DNA of 64,000 bases from IMG/VR virus record IMGVR_UViG_3300002092_000038; one strand, written 5' to 3'. The translations under genes were made by a program, and so were the position numbers. Source of the stretch: an uncultured virus (IMG/VR IMGVR_UViG_3300002092_000038) (Duplodnaviria; Heunggongvirae; Uroviricota; Caudoviricetes). The notes beneath the pieces were generated by a model. That model did no database searches. It had not been told where the DNA came from and worked only from the letters and a program-made list of their open reading frames with translations. The number at the start of each line of letters is the position of its first letter. Positions within the stretch are counted from its first letter, which is position 1. Positions 1-10,062 of this stretch are shown one piece after another.

Positions 1-17
1 TAATTAGTTTAAATAAA

Positions 18-203
18 TTGCATGAAGATTCTCTTTTTCAAATACATAAAGATTATAATAAAACTATAAATCTTCAAGATAAAAGAATACTAGAATTAGA
101 AGGCAAAGAAGTGGATTATACTAAGGATGAAATTATTTCTAAACTTAAACAAGAAATAGAACAATTAAAACTTAAACAAAGTTTTTGGTCTTTTTTACAT
201 TAA
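18..203 (+). CDS. hypothetical coiled-coil protein (may begin before the window)
   Basis: ORF abuts the next gene; heptad-like IISKLKQEIEQLK. Confidence 0.5.
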   Translation: MHEDSLFQIHKDYNKTINLQDKRILELEGKEVDYTKDEIISKLKQEIEQLKLKQSFWSFLH

Positions 204-204
204 A

Positions 205-1266
205 ATGGAAAATACAGAATTAATAGAATTGGGAGAAGCTGACTATAGAAAGTTAGCTCTCCTTTCTTATTCTTCACTTAAAGATTTTATTAAAAATCCT
301 ATGTATTATTATAGGAAACATATTCTTAAGGAGAAGATGAAAGAAATAGATACCCAAAATAATGACAATATTAGAATGGGTAATTTAGTAGATTGTTTAT
401 TAAGTTGTCCTGAAGAATTTGAAACCCGTTATATTGTTACTACAGCTTCTAAACCAATAGGTTTAATGGGAAATTTTGTAGATTTATTATACAAAGAAAC
501 TCTTTTAAATACTAATGAATTTGGTGTTTTTTGTGGTAATTTAGATAATCTTATAGAAATTTGTTATGAAAAAACTGGATTTGGTAGGGATAAAATAGAT
601 ACAGTTAAAAAGAAATTTTTAGAGGATCATATAGGATATGATTATTATATAGAACTAACAAGTAAAGGTAATAAAACTGTAATAGAACTTTCAGAATTAG
701 AATGGGGACAAAAAATAGCTGATTGGTTAAAGCAACATCCTTATTCAAGAAGATTTATAGATATACCTAATGGAGAAAAATACATAGTTTATAATCAGTT
801 AATGTTGACTTGTTTTATAAATGGTGTTAAAATTAAACTTATGATTGATAAGTTAATTTTAAATACAGAAACTATGGTAGCTACTCCTATAGATTATAAG
901 TGTACTGGTTCTATAACTATGTTTCCTTATAATTATCTTAAATTAGGATATTGGTTACAAATGGCTATTTATACTACAGCTATAAGACAACATTTTCCTG
1001 GTTATGAAGTTAAACCTTTATCTTTTCTTATTTTTGATAAATACATGAAGGAAACTCCTGTATTTGTAAAAATAACTGAAAAGCAATATGAAGAAGCAAT
1101 GAATGGTTTTACTACTATATTAGGAAAACCTTATGCAGGATTATTAAAAATACTGGATAATTATAAATGGCATTGTGAAAGAGATATATGGAATACTACT
1201 AAAGATATTTTTGACAATAATGGTATTATTGAATTACAATTAAATAATTTTGAAACAGAAGAATAA
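205..1266 (+). CDS. PD-(D/E)xK exonuclease (RecE/exonuclease VIII-like)
   Basis: LSYSSLK, MGNLVD, KLMIDKL...IDYK, YWLQMAIY motifs. Confidence 0.8.
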   Translation: MENTELIELGEADYRKLALLSYSSLKDFIKNPMYYYRKHILKEKMKEIDTQNNDNIRMGNLVDCLLSCPEEFETRYIVTTASKPIGLMGNFVDLLYKETLLNTNEFGVFCGNLDNLIEICYEKTGFGRDKIDTVKKKFLEDHIGYDYYIELTSKGNKTVIELSELEWGQKIADWLKQHPYSRRFIDIPNGEKYIVYNQLMLTCFINGVKIKLMIDKLILNTETMVATPIDYKCTGSITMFPYNYLKLGYWLQMAIYTTAIRQHFPGYEVKPLSFLIFDKYMKETPVFVKITEKQYEEAMNGFTTILGKPYAGLLKILDNYKWHCERDIWNTTKDIFDNNGIIELQLNNFETEE

Positions 1267-1901
1267 TGGTAATGGAAGAAGCTAAAAGCAAGGATATAAT
1301 AGCGCAAGAAATAAAGCTTAAAAAAAGTTTAAATGATACAAGTATGTTTTTATTACCTGTATTTAGGTTAAAAATAGAGTCTTGGTTCAAACTTGGGTTT
1401 ATAAATGCTTTTTTAAAAGATAAAAATAGAGAAAAGGTAAATGATAAAGATATTCATATATATTTATTGTTTAAACCTAATGCTAAACAAAAAGTCTTAC
1501 TAGACAAGAAAATTGAAGTTTTAGAAGAAACTGATGTAGAACATATCAATTATTTAGAAGATTATGATATTGAAGGAGGTTATACTGTATTAGTATTAAA
1601 ATTTCCAGAAAAATTTAGAAAAGATTATGATAGGTTTTTAAAAGGTAAATATTCTTATTTTTCTAAAGATTTTCAAGATATTTATCCTGAAGATATGGTT
1701 GTAGATTTTATTAATGAAAATAATAAGGTTGAAAAACTAGCTGGTAAATCTTTACCCTGGATGATTATTAATAGAGATATTAGGATGAAAAAATTTACTG
1801 AAAAAAAATATGATATAACTCTAGATGATGATGATGAAGTTTATCATAGGTATGTAGAAAAGGATGAAACTTTAGACAGTGATCTTTTAAATAATGATTA
1901 A
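1266..1901 (+). CDS. hypothetical protein, replication module
   Basis: 211-aa ORF coupled to the upstream gene (TAATG overlap). Confidence 0.7.
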   Translation: MVMEEAKSKDIIAQEIKLKKSLNDTSMFLLPVFRLKIESWFKLGFINAFLKDKNREKVNDKDIHIYLLFKPNAKQKVLLDKKIEVLEETDVEHINYLEDYDIEGGYTVLVLKFPEKFRKDYDRFLKGKYSYFSKDFQDIYPEDMVVDFINENNKVEKLAGKSLPWMIINRDIRMKKFTEKKYDITLDDDDEVYHRYVEKDETLDSDLLNND

Positions 1902-1907
1902 ATAAAA

Positions 1908-2234
1908 ATGAACAAACAAATTATAGAAACAAAATATACTAAAAGTTATAACTTGTTAAAACAATTTATAATTGATAGTATGAAAAGTTCAGGAGTTCCT
2001 GAAAGTACTATAGCTCTTCTTCCTATAGAAACAATTATAGAAACTACTGTTAAAATGAATCAAAGATTTCTTTATGATTTTTTTGATAAATATGATATAC
2101 TTTTGTGTATAGACAACGAAGGTGTTGACAAATGGTTTGTAAATGGTTTAGGACATGGTTTTAAATCTAGAAAAAGTGCTGAAGAGTATGCTTTTAATGT
2201 GGGATTTGAATTATTAGAACAAAAACTTAGTTAG
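1908..2234 (+). CDS. hypothetical protein
   Basis: 108-aa ORF in the operon. Confidence 0.65.
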   Translation: MNKQIIETKYTKSYNLLKQFIIDSMKSSGVPESTIALLPIETIIETTVKMNQRFLYDFFDKYDILLCIDNEGVDKWFVNGLGHGFKSRKSAEEYAFNVGFELLEQKLS

Positions 2235-2235
2235 T

Positions 2236-2391
2236 ATGGAAGATAGTAAACAAAAATGGGAAGAAAGATTTGAACAGTTATCAGATTCAATTCTTTACAT
2301 GAATGGTTTTAGTAAAGAAGAGATTGAAACTATGACTGATGATCAAAAAATAATGGAATTACAAAAATTAGATACTTTAACTGAATGTTAA
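2236..2391 (+). CDS. small hypothetical protein, 51 aa (MEDSKQKWEE...), below ORF-track cutoff
   Basis: Read by eye; ATG 2236 to TAA 2391 with 1-nt spacing on both sides. Confidence 0.6.
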   Translation: MEDSKQKWEERFEQLSDSILYMNGFSKEEIETMTDDQKIMELQKLDTLTEC

Positions 2392-2392
2392 T

Positions 2393-2560
2393 ATGATAGA
2401 AGGATTTGTAGATTTTTTAGAATTTCTAGAAAATAATGCTAGATATAGAGAAGAAACTAGACAATGGCAAATTCCAGATAAGAATAATAATGGAATTTGG
2501 AAAGATATATTAAAAAATAATTTAGTAATGGAATTTCTAGCTTATAAAGCACATCAATAA
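2393..2560 (+). CDS. small hypothetical protein, 55 aa (MIEGFVDFLE...), below ORF-track cutoff
   Basis: Read by eye; stop overlaps the polymerase start (TAATG). Confidence 0.6.
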   Translation: MIEGFVDFLEFLENNARYREETRQWQIPDKNNNGIWKDILKNNLVMEFLAYKAHQ

Positions 2561-4740
2561 TGGAAAGTAAAATACATTTTGTATCTAATTATAAAGTAGA
2601 AGGAGTAGATGACTATGCTACTATAGAAAATGTTTTTAACTATTGCAAGGATAAAACAGAATTAGGAATAGATATAGAAACATCTTATAAATATCCTAAA
2701 AATACTTATAGTAATGAAAATATCTATAAACCTGGTCTTGATCCTTATCTTAGTAGAGTTATAATGCTTCAATTAGGAGATTTGGAGAATATCTTTGTAA
2801 TAGATACAAGATGTATTGATATTTCAATATTAATACCATTAATGAGTGGTAAAGATATTCTTTGGGTGGGTCATAATCTTAGGTTTGAAAGTAAGCATTT
2901 AAAACATACTTACAATGCAATTTTCAAAACTATTTGGGATACTATGATAGTTGAAATGAATCTTACTAATGGGTTAAGACCTGGATATTCATTGGCTAAT
3001 TTATCAGAAAAATATTTAGGCATTAAAAATGTTAAAGATAGAGATTTATTTACTATAGGAGAAGATGAAAATGAAGAGGATATTGTTTATATAGATAAAT
3101 CAACTAGATTAGGATTTCTTCATATTGAAGATAAGCCTTTTACTAGTATACAAATATTATATGGTGCAGATGATATAGAATATCCTTTAAGAATAAGAAA
3201 AAAACAATTAGAAGGTGGTTTTAATTTTAATCCTCTTAAATTACATCAAATGGAAAATGAATTCTGTTTGGTATTGGCTGATATTGAACTAAGAGGTTTA
3301 TATTTTGATCCTAAACAATGGTTAAAAACAGCAGAAGAAAAAAAATTAATCTATAAGAAAAGGTTAAAAATTATGAATGATTATGTAATAGCTAATCATT
3401 CTAATTTTACTAAAGGACCTGATTTATTTAATCAAGATCAAAAAGAATTTGTTTGTAATGTACAATGGTCTTCTTCTACTCAAGTAGTTGAATTATTTAA
3501 GCATATTGGATTTTGTCCAAAAGAAAAAAGCAAACAAACTAAAAAAATGGAATATTCTGTAGGATCAAAAGCATTGGCAAAGCTTTTACCTAAAGAGTTT
3601 AAAGATGATTTGATGAATGGCAAAGATAAGCCTATTATAGATATTAATACATTAATTTTGGCTTATCTTTTACTTAAACAGAGTGAACAGGCAATAACAA
3701 CTTTTGGAAAAGATTTCTTAAAATATATTCATCCTATTACAGGTAGAATGCATACTTCATATAAACAAATACTAAATACTGGTAGAATAAGTAGTAGTAA
3801 TCCTAATTTACAAAATATACCCCAAGGAAAAGAATACAGAATGGCTTATTGCGCTCCTATAGGATATAAATTGGTAGATTGTGATTATTCTGCTCAAGAA
3901 GCTAGAGACTTAGCTGAAGTATCAGGTGATCAAACCATGATAAACTTTTTTAATTTAGGAGATCCTATTTTTGGAGATGATTATCATAGTATGGTTGCTA
4001 CTAAAATGTTTAGAATTATTAGAAATGATCCTACTTTAATTTGTTTAAAGAAAACACATCCTGAAGAAAGAAATGCAGCAAAAAGTATTGGTTTCAAATT
4101 AGCTTATGGTGGTTCTGCATATACACTTAAAGATGATTTTGGAGTTTCTGAAGAAGTAGCTGAAGAGTTTCTTGAAGGTTATTTTAATGCCTTTCCTTCT
4201 CTTAGAGATGATTTTGAAAAAGCAAAAGAAAAAGCAGTAGAGTTAGGATATATTGAGATAGATCCAATTACTCAAAGAAGATGGTTTTTTAAAGAGTTTA
4301 ATTATATGAATTCTTTAAGTAAGAAAGCCTGGGACTATTATCCTAAAGATTATAGTAAAATGTCTCAAGAAAAAAAAGATGCTTTTAAATTAGATTTAAA
4401 AGAAAAACATCCTGAAGTAAAACAGCTTTGGAGTGAATATTTTAGTTTAAAAGGTAAACTTGAGAGAGATGCATTAAACTATCGTATACAAGGATTAGCT
4501 GGATCACAACTTAAAATGGCTGGTATTATTTTTAGAAGATATATTATAAACAATAATCTTGAAGGTAAGGTAGCTTTAGTTTCTTTAATACATGATGAAA
4601 TATTAGTTGAATGTATAGAAGAATTAGTAGAATCTACTAAAATTGAAGTTGAAAAAGCTATGATAGTTGGAGGAAATAAATTTTGTAAAAAAGTAAAAAT
4701 GGGTGCTGAAGGAGTTATTGGAGAATTTTGGTATCACTAA
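2560..4740 (+). CDS. polA: family A DNA polymerase with 3'-5' exonuclease domain
   Basis: Exo motifs DIET, HNLRFE, YGADD; TGRISSSNPNLQNIP; motif A DYSAQE; motif B RNAAKSIGFKLAYG; motif C IHDE. Confidence 0.95.
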   Translation: MESKIHFVSNYKVEGVDDYATIENVFNYCKDKTELGIDIETSYKYPKNTYSNENIYKPGLDPYLSRVIMLQLGDLENIFVIDTRCIDISILIPLMSGKDILWVGHNLRFESKHLKHTYNAIFKTIWDTMIVEMNLTNGLRPGYSLANLSEKYLGIKNVKDRDLFTIGEDENEEDIVYIDKSTRLGFLHIEDKPFTSIQILYGADDIEYPLRIRKKQLEGGFNFNPLKLHQMENEFCLVLADIELRGLYFDPKQWLKTAEEKKLIYKKRLKIMNDYVIANHSNFTKGPDLFNQDQKEFVCNVQWSSSTQVVELFKHIGFCPKEKSKQTKKMEYSVGSKALAKLLPKEFKDDLMNGKDKPIIDINTLILAYLLLKQSEQAITTFGKDFLKYIHPITGRMHTSYKQILNTGRISSSNPNLQNIPQGKEYRMAYCAPIGYKLVDCDYSAQEARDLAEVSGDQTMINFFNLGDPIFGDDYHSMVATKMFRIIRNDPTLICLKKTHPEERNAAKSIGFKLAYGGSAYTLKDDFGVSEEVAEEFLEGYFNAFPSLRDDFEKAKEKAVELGYIEIDPITQRRWFFKEFNYMNSLSKKAWDYYPKDYSKMSQEKKDAFKLDLKEKHPEVKQLWSEYFSLKGKLERDALNYRIQGLAGSQLKMAGIIFRRYIINNNLEGKVALVSLIHDEILVECIEELVESTKIEVEKAMIVGGNKFCKKVKMGAEGVIGEFWYH

Positions 4741-4754
4741 AAATAATTATATAA

Positions 4755-7070
4755 ATGAATAAACAAGTAGGTAAAAAGTTCCTTTCAGATTTGAAATTAT
4801 TTTCAGATTTTTTAGGTTATAATGAAGATCTAAATAGATATGAAACTTATGAGGAAGCTATAGATGATATATTTGATAGCACACATAAAGTAAGGTATGC
4901 AGATGTATGGGATAAACTTACTTCTTATACAGAGTTTGCAAAACAAATGTGTAAGGAAAAGAGAGTACTTCCAGCTATGAGACATCTTCAATTTAGAGGA
5001 GAAGATATATTTAAACACCCATTCAGAGGATACAATTGTCTTGTGATGTATGCAGATAAGCCAGAATGGTTGGGTAACGCCTTCTATTTGTCTTTATGTG
5101 GTTGTGGTGTAGGCGTGAATATGATGCTCCCATTTGTCAAAAGAATGCCTGATATAGCTAATAGAACATTAGGTACAAAAACTTTTGTAATTCCTGATTC
5201 TGTAGAAGGATGGACAGATGCAGCACATGCTCTTATTAGTTCTTATATATTTAATCCTGAAAATTCTATAAAAGGATATGAACAATATAATGGATATGAA
5301 CTTAAGTTTGATTATTCTAAAATAAGACCTAAAGGAGCAAAAGTAGGAAGAAAATTTTTAGCTCCTGGCTCTGATGGTTTAAGAAATGCTTTAGATAAAA
5401 TAGAACAATTATTAAATAGTATAGTAAATAGTGATAGTAATAATCATAAATTTACAACAATATTACAATATGATTGTTTTATGCACTTAATGAATGCCGT
5501 TTTGTCAGGAGGTATTCGTAGAGCTGCTGCTTCTGTAATATTCTCTCCTGAAGATGAAGCAATGCTTAATTGTAAGTTTGGAGATTGGTATACAAACAAT
5601 AAACAAAGAGAAAGATCTAATAATTCTGTTGGTTTAGTAAAAGGAAAGTTTACCAAAGAAGATTTTCTTAAGATTATTGCTTTTAATAAAGATGGTAATG
5701 ATGTAGGATTTGTATTCATGAATAATATATTTGAAATATATAATCCATGTTTTGAAATTGGTTTTACACCTCTTTATTTTGAAGAAAAAGATTTTATGGT
5801 TCTAGAAGAATTAAAAAATAGAATTATGGAATCTGATATTACAGTATTAGATGATGGTGTTAGAACAGCTATACAATGTTGTAATCTTACTGAAGGCAAC
5901 GGAGCTATGATTAAAACTAAGGATGACTTTTTTAATATGTGTAAAGCACAAGCTATTATAGGTACTCTTCAAGCTGGTTATACTGGATTTTTTCATATTA
6001 AAGGTTGTCTAAAAGAAACTATATCTATTTGTGAACAAGAGTCTTTATTAGGTGTTTCTATAGCAGGTATAATGAATTCTCCTTGGATATTAGATCATCC
6101 AGAAATGTTACAAATAGGAGCAATGCTTGTATTACAAGTTAATAAAGAAATTTCTGAAATAATAGGAATTAATCCTTGTGCTAGAGGTACTTGTATTAAA
6201 CCTGGTGGTGATGGTCCTACTGTTCTTGAATGTGAACCTTCTACGATGGGCGCACACTCTAAAAGAGGATTTAGAATCATGCAATTAAATAAAACTACAG
6301 AAACAGCTAAATATCTTGAGGAAAGTATGGCTTTTATTATTGAAGAAAGTGATCACTCAGAAAATAATACTGATTATGTAGTTTTTACTCCTTATGAAAA
6401 TAATGATTCCACTAAATTTAAAAGTGAAATTAAAGGAAAACATCATTTGGAATTAGTTAAAATTATAATGGATAATTGGGTAGCATATGGTAAAGTAGAA
6501 GAAAGATGTATTATTCCTACTACTTCTCATAATGTTTCAAATACAATTATAGTAGATGATAGTGACTATCAAGAAGTAGTTGATTATATATTTGAAAACC
6601 AAGATAGTTTTAGATGTGTAGCATTTATTTCTTCTTCAGGAGATAAGGATTATAATCAAGCTCCTTTTACTTCTGTATTAACAGGGCAAGAAATAATGGA
6701 AAAGTATGGAGAAGCTAGTATGTTTGCTAGTGGACTTATAGTAGACGCTCTTCATGCCTTTGATAATAACTTATGGAATGCTTGTAAAGCTTCTATTAAT
6801 AAAGAATTTAAACTCACTGGAGATAGAGTGACAGTTCTCCTAAAGAAGGAAATTGTTAGAAGATTTAAACAGTATGCCAAAAATTACTTTAAAGGTAATA
6901 TGGAAGAAATGATTTATTGTTTAAAAGATGTACATCTTTACCATAAATGGAGAACTATAACTAGACAAATTAAAGAAGTGGATTTTACACAAATACTTAC
7001 TAAGCCTACTTATATAGAAATAGATTCTATAGGAGCAAAAGCTTGTAATGGTATAAGTTGTTCTCTTTAA
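4755..7070 (+). CDS. nrdJ: class II (adenosylcobalamin-dependent) ribonucleotide reductase
   Basis: GYNC, GCGVG, IPDSVEGW, GGIRRAA, NPCFEI, CNLTE, TCIKP, YNQAPF, C-terminal CNGISC; no beta subunit gene nearby. Confidence 0.85.
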   Translation: MNKQVGKKFLSDLKLFSDFLGYNEDLNRYETYEEAIDDIFDSTHKVRYADVWDKLTSYTEFAKQMCKEKRVLPAMRHLQFRGEDIFKHPFRGYNCLVMYADKPEWLGNAFYLSLCGCGVGVNMMLPFVKRMPDIANRTLGTKTFVIPDSVEGWTDAAHALISSYIFNPENSIKGYEQYNGYELKFDYSKIRPKGAKVGRKFLAPGSDGLRNALDKIEQLLNSIVNSDSNNHKFTTILQYDCFMHLMNAVLSGGIRRAAASVIFSPEDEAMLNCKFGDWYTNNKQRERSNNSVGLVKGKFTKEDFLKIIAFNKDGNDVGFVFMNNIFEIYNPCFEIGFTPLYFEEKDFMVLEELKNRIMESDITVLDDGVRTAIQCCNLTEGNGAMIKTKDDFFNMCKAQAIIGTLQAGYTGFFHIKGCLKETISICEQESLLGVSIAGIMNSPWILDHPEMLQIGAMLVLQVNKEISEIIGINPCARGTCIKPGGDGPTVLECEPSTMGAHSKRGFRIMQLNKTTETAKYLEESMAFIIEESDHSENNTDYVVFTPYENNDSTKFKSEIKGKHHLELVKIIMDNWVAYGKVEERCIIPTTSHNVSNTIIVDDSDYQEVVDYIFENQDSFRCVAFISSSGDKDYNQAPFTSVLTGQEIMEKYGEASMFASGLIVDALHAFDNNLWNACKASINKEFKLTGDRVTVLLKKEIVRRFKQYAKNYFKGNMEEMIYCLKDVHLYHKWRTITRQIKEVDFTQILTKPTYIEIDSIGAKACNGISCSL

Positions 7071-7086
7071 TAACTTTTACTAAATA

Positions 7087-7124
7087 AAAAATAGGGATTT
7101 ATTACAAGATAGGTCCCTATTTTT
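7087..7124 (+). terminator. intrinsic terminator-like hairpin after nrdJ
   Basis: AAAAATAGGGA ... TCCCTATTTTT inverted repeat. Confidence 0.7.
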
Positions 7125-7138
7125 ATTTAAAAATTTCG

Positions 7139-7146
7139 TAACTTTG
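7139..7146 (+). promoter_or_regulatory. Bacteroidota-type -7 box (TAACTTTG)
   Basis: Matches TAnnTTTG; 5 nt upstream of ATG 7152, just after a terminator. Confidence 0.5.
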
Positions 7147-7151
7147 TAATA

Positions 7152-7370
7152 ATGACACAACCAAAATATCAACATGGTGACACAGTATATTTTTTAAATA
7201 ATGGTGCAATTAATAGTGGTAAAATTTATTCTGGTAGTGCTTCTTGGACTGCTTTTGAAAAAATGTATATTCATTATTATTTAATTTTGAATAACAAAAT
7301 TCATGACGAAAAACCATTTAAAGAAGAAATACTATTTGAATCAATAGAAAAATTAAAAGAAAATTTATAA
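7152..7370 (+). CDS. small SH3/KOW-like hypothetical protein
   Basis: KYQHGDTVYF pattern typical of small phage beta-barrel proteins. Confidence 0.55.
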   Translation: MTQPKYQHGDTVYFLNNGAINSGKIYSGSASWTAFEKMYIHYYLILNNKIHDEKPFKEEILFESIEKLKENL

Positions 7371-7371
7371 T

Positions 7372-8367
7372 ATGGCTAAAAAAGCAGAAGAAAAAATAGA
7401 AAAGAAAAGTTATGAAGAACAATTAAAAGAATTAAGAAAATCTCTTAATCCTCCTTCACTAACTGATATATATGTTAGTTCTGGTAGCCTAACTTTAGAT
7501 ATTGCTTTAGGAGGTCATGGATGGAAATTAGGAAAACAAGCCTCTTTAGTAGCATGGTGGGGAGCTGGTAAAACAACTCTTTGTTTAGAAACTATTCATC
7601 AAGCTGAATTAATAGGTTTAGAATATGCTTATATAGATGTAGAACATAGTTTAGATCCTGTATATATTACTAATTTAGGAATAGATTGGGAAAAATTTTC
7701 AGACAGATTATTCCAACCTAATTCTTTAGAAGAAGCAATTGAGTTAGCTAAAAAATTAATTTTAGCTGGTGCTAAAGTAATTGTTTTTGATTCTGTTTCT
7801 GGTATGCTTCCACAAAAAATGATTGATGGAGAAGCAGGTAGTAATGCATTAGGTCTACAAGCCAGGGTATTAGGTCCAGAAGTAGTTAAACTTAAAAATT
7901 TAGCTTATAGAAATAATTGTCTTATTATTTATATTAATCAAATAAGAGAAAAAGTAGGAGTAATGTTTGGTACTCCTGAAACAGCTCAAGGAGGCCATGC
8001 TATACCTTTCTTTGATGATTATAGGGTAGAAATAAGAAAGACTATTGAAAAAGATAACGGAGACAAAGAAGAGGCTACTGGTGTAACTAGTAGATTTAAA
8101 ATAGTTAAAAATAAAGTAGCTCCTCCTTTTAAAACAGGAGAATACTCTATTAAATTTGGAGAAGGTATAGATAAAATTAAAGAAATAATAGAATTAGCTT
8201 CAGAATTAGATATTGTTTATAAACATGGTGATACTATTAAAATAAATAAAGATACTCCTGAAGAAGAAAAATATGATCTTGAAGTATTCTATGATCTTCT
8301 CAAGACTAATCCTGAGTTTTATAAAACAATGAAAACTAAAATATTAACTAAATTAGGTATAGAATGA
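7372..8367 (+). CDS. recA: RecA/UvsX-like recombinase
   Basis: SSGSLTLDIALG, Walker A AWWGAGKTT, IVFDSV, INQIREKVGVMFGTPE, KNKVAPPFK. Confidence 0.95.
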   Translation: MAKKAEEKIEKKSYEEQLKELRKSLNPPSLTDIYVSSGSLTLDIALGGHGWKLGKQASLVAWWGAGKTTLCLETIHQAELIGLEYAYIDVEHSLDPVYITNLGIDWEKFSDRLFQPNSLEEAIELAKKLILAGAKVIVFDSVSGMLPQKMIDGEAGSNALGLQARVLGPEVVKLKNLAYRNNCLIIYINQIREKVGVMFGTPETAQGGHAIPFFDDYRVEIRKTIEKDNGDKEEATGVTSRFKIVKNKVAPPFKTGEYSIKFGEGIDKIKEIIELASELDIVYKHGDTIKINKDTPEEEKYDLEVFYDLLKTNPEFYKTMKTKILTKLGIE

Positions 8368-8648
8368 ATATAAAGGAAATAACAGAGTTAATAGAAATAG
8401 TAAATTATTTTAACAGTATTGCAGAAGAAAGTGATAAACTAGCTTGTGATGCTAAAATACTATTAGCAGTAACTACTACTGGATATTATACTGTAGTAGA
8501 TTTCGGTACTATTGTATTATGGTGTTCAGAAAATGATGAAAGAGAATATGATGAGAAAAATGATAAATATGAAGAGTGGATTCCTTTCTTTAAAAGAAGA
8601 TTACAAGAGATTTCTAGTTATATAGACCTTTTCAAAAAAATTAAATAA
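8364..8648 (+). CDS. hypothetical protein
   Basis: 94-aa ORF overlapping neighbours; LWCSENDEREY motif. Confidence 0.65.
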   Translation: MNIKEITELIEIVNYFNSIAEESDKLACDAKILLAVTTTGYYTVVDFGTIVLWCSENDEREYDEKNDKYEEWIPFFKRRLQEISSYIDLFKKIK

Positions 8649-8962
8649 TGAAAGAGATAAATATTTATTTAGGACTTAAAGATAAATTTGGCCATGCTCT
8701 TATTAAAGAAAATGTTATAGATTTTTTAAATAAAACTATAAGAAAAATTTTTAATAGTTATACTATTTTAGAAGGGACAGGCATGTGGGGAACAGTAGAA
8801 GAACCTATGCTTATTATTCAAATAGTAGGCCCTATAACAGATGTAGAAAATATAAAAAACAAATTATCTAATATATCTTTAATGTATTGTGAGCAATTTA
8901 ACCAAGAAGCCGTATTAAATACTATTAAAGATATAGAAATTCATATGTTTTACAAAAATTAA
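8648..8962 (+). CDS. DUF3574/phage SAM lyase-like ferredoxin-fold protein
   Basis: YLGL, GxGxW...EE, YxxxFxQEAVL pattern. Confidence 0.55.
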   Translation: MKEINIYLGLKDKFGHALIKENVIDFLNKTIRKIFNSYTILEGTGMWGTVEEPMLIIQIVGPITDVENIKNKLSNISLMYCEQFNQEAVLNTIKDIEIHMFYKN

Positions 8963-8964
8963 TT

Positions 8965-10062
8965 ATGATATTAGCAACACTTTATAAAAAAAATAAAGAA
9001 AAAATACAAGTTTGGCAAATTGAAGTTGATAATTCTAAATATAGAAGTATTGAAGGATTTCAAGATGGTGTTAAAACTACTTCAGAATGGTCTATAGCAA
9101 AAGGAAAAAATATAGGCAAAGCAAATGAAGTTTATTCAGACCAACAAGCTATAATAGAAGCAGAAGCTAAAGTTAAACTAAAGATTAATAAAGGTTATGT
9201 AAAAAATATAGCTGATATTAATAATGAAAAAAGATTTGAACCCATGTTAGCAGAAAAATGGAAAGACTTTAAACATAAAATTGTTTATCCATGCTATGCT
9301 CAACCTAAGCTTGATGGTATGAGGTGTAATACTATTCGTGACGGTTCTTTTTCTAGAGAAGGTAAGCCTGTTAATTCTGTTCCACATATTACTGGTTTAT
9401 TTACTAAATTAGATCAAGGAATAGTAGTTGATGGAGAATTATATAACCACGAATTACATGATGATTTTAATCAAATTATTTCTATAGCCAAAAAATTAAA
9501 ACCTTCTACAGAAGATCTTAAATTATCTAAAGAAAAACTTAAGTATTATATTTATGATGCTTATTTTGCTGAAAGTCCTGATATGATTTTTAGTCAAAGA
9601 TTTTTTAAGTTACTTTCTATGTTTAATAGTTTAGAGCATGTAGTCATAGTTCCTACTATAGGAATACATGACGAACAAGAATTAGAAAAATTCTATGATG
9701 CTTGTCTTAGTCAAGGTTATGAAGGCATGATGATCAGAAATGATGTTCCTTATTTTCAAAAAAGAACAACTAATCTTCTTAAAAGAAAAGAATGGTTAGA
9801 TGATGAATTTGAAATAGTAGATATTACTGAAGGTAAAGGTAATAGATCAGGAATGATGGGAAGAATAGTTCTTAAAACTAAATCAGGAGAACAATTTGAA
9901 GCAGATGGTTCAGGGCTAGGAGGTCATGAAGCTTATAAAAAAATGTTAGTAGAAAAAAATAATTATATTGGTAAAATGGCTACAGTAAGATACCAAAATC
10001 TTACACCAGATAGACAAGTACCAAGATTTCCTAAAGTAGTAGCAATAAGAGATTACGAATGA
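8965..10062 (+). CDS. lig: ATP-dependent DNA ligase with N-terminal WGR-like extension
   Basis: PMLA, QPKLDGMR, DGELY, YIYD, EGMMIR, LLKRK, PRFP. Confidence 0.95.
   Translation: MILATLYKKNKEKIQVWQIEVDNSKYRSIEGFQDGVKTTSEWSIAKGKNIGKANEVYSDQQAIIEAEAKVKLKINKGYVKNIADINNEKRFEPMLAEKWKDFKHKIVYPCYAQPKLDGMRCNTIRDGSFSREGKPVNSVPHITGLFTKLDQGIVVDGELYNHELHDDFNQIISIAKKLKPSTEDLKLSKEKLKYYIYDAYFAESPDMIFSQRFFKLLSMFNSLEHVVIVPTIGIHDEQELEKFYDACLSQGYEGMMIRNDVPYFQKRTTNLLKRKEWLDDEFEIVDITEGKGNRSGMMGRIVLKTKSGEQFEADGSGLGGHEAYKKMLVEKNNYIGKMATVRYQNLTPDRQVPRFPKVVAIRDYE

Noticed and set aside
3870..4110. PolA motif A/B deviations as evidence for modified-base DNA
   Set aside because: Catalytic residues and the motif B Phe are retained, a dUTPase is present, and no base-modification pathway is recognisable.
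4830..6280. Short minus-strand ORFs inside nrdJ
   Set aside because: Antisense shadows of a well-supported gene, with no motifs.
2560..7070. Inteins or introns in polA and nrdJ
   Set aside because: Lengths are normal, ORFs are continuous and no intein terminal motifs were seen.
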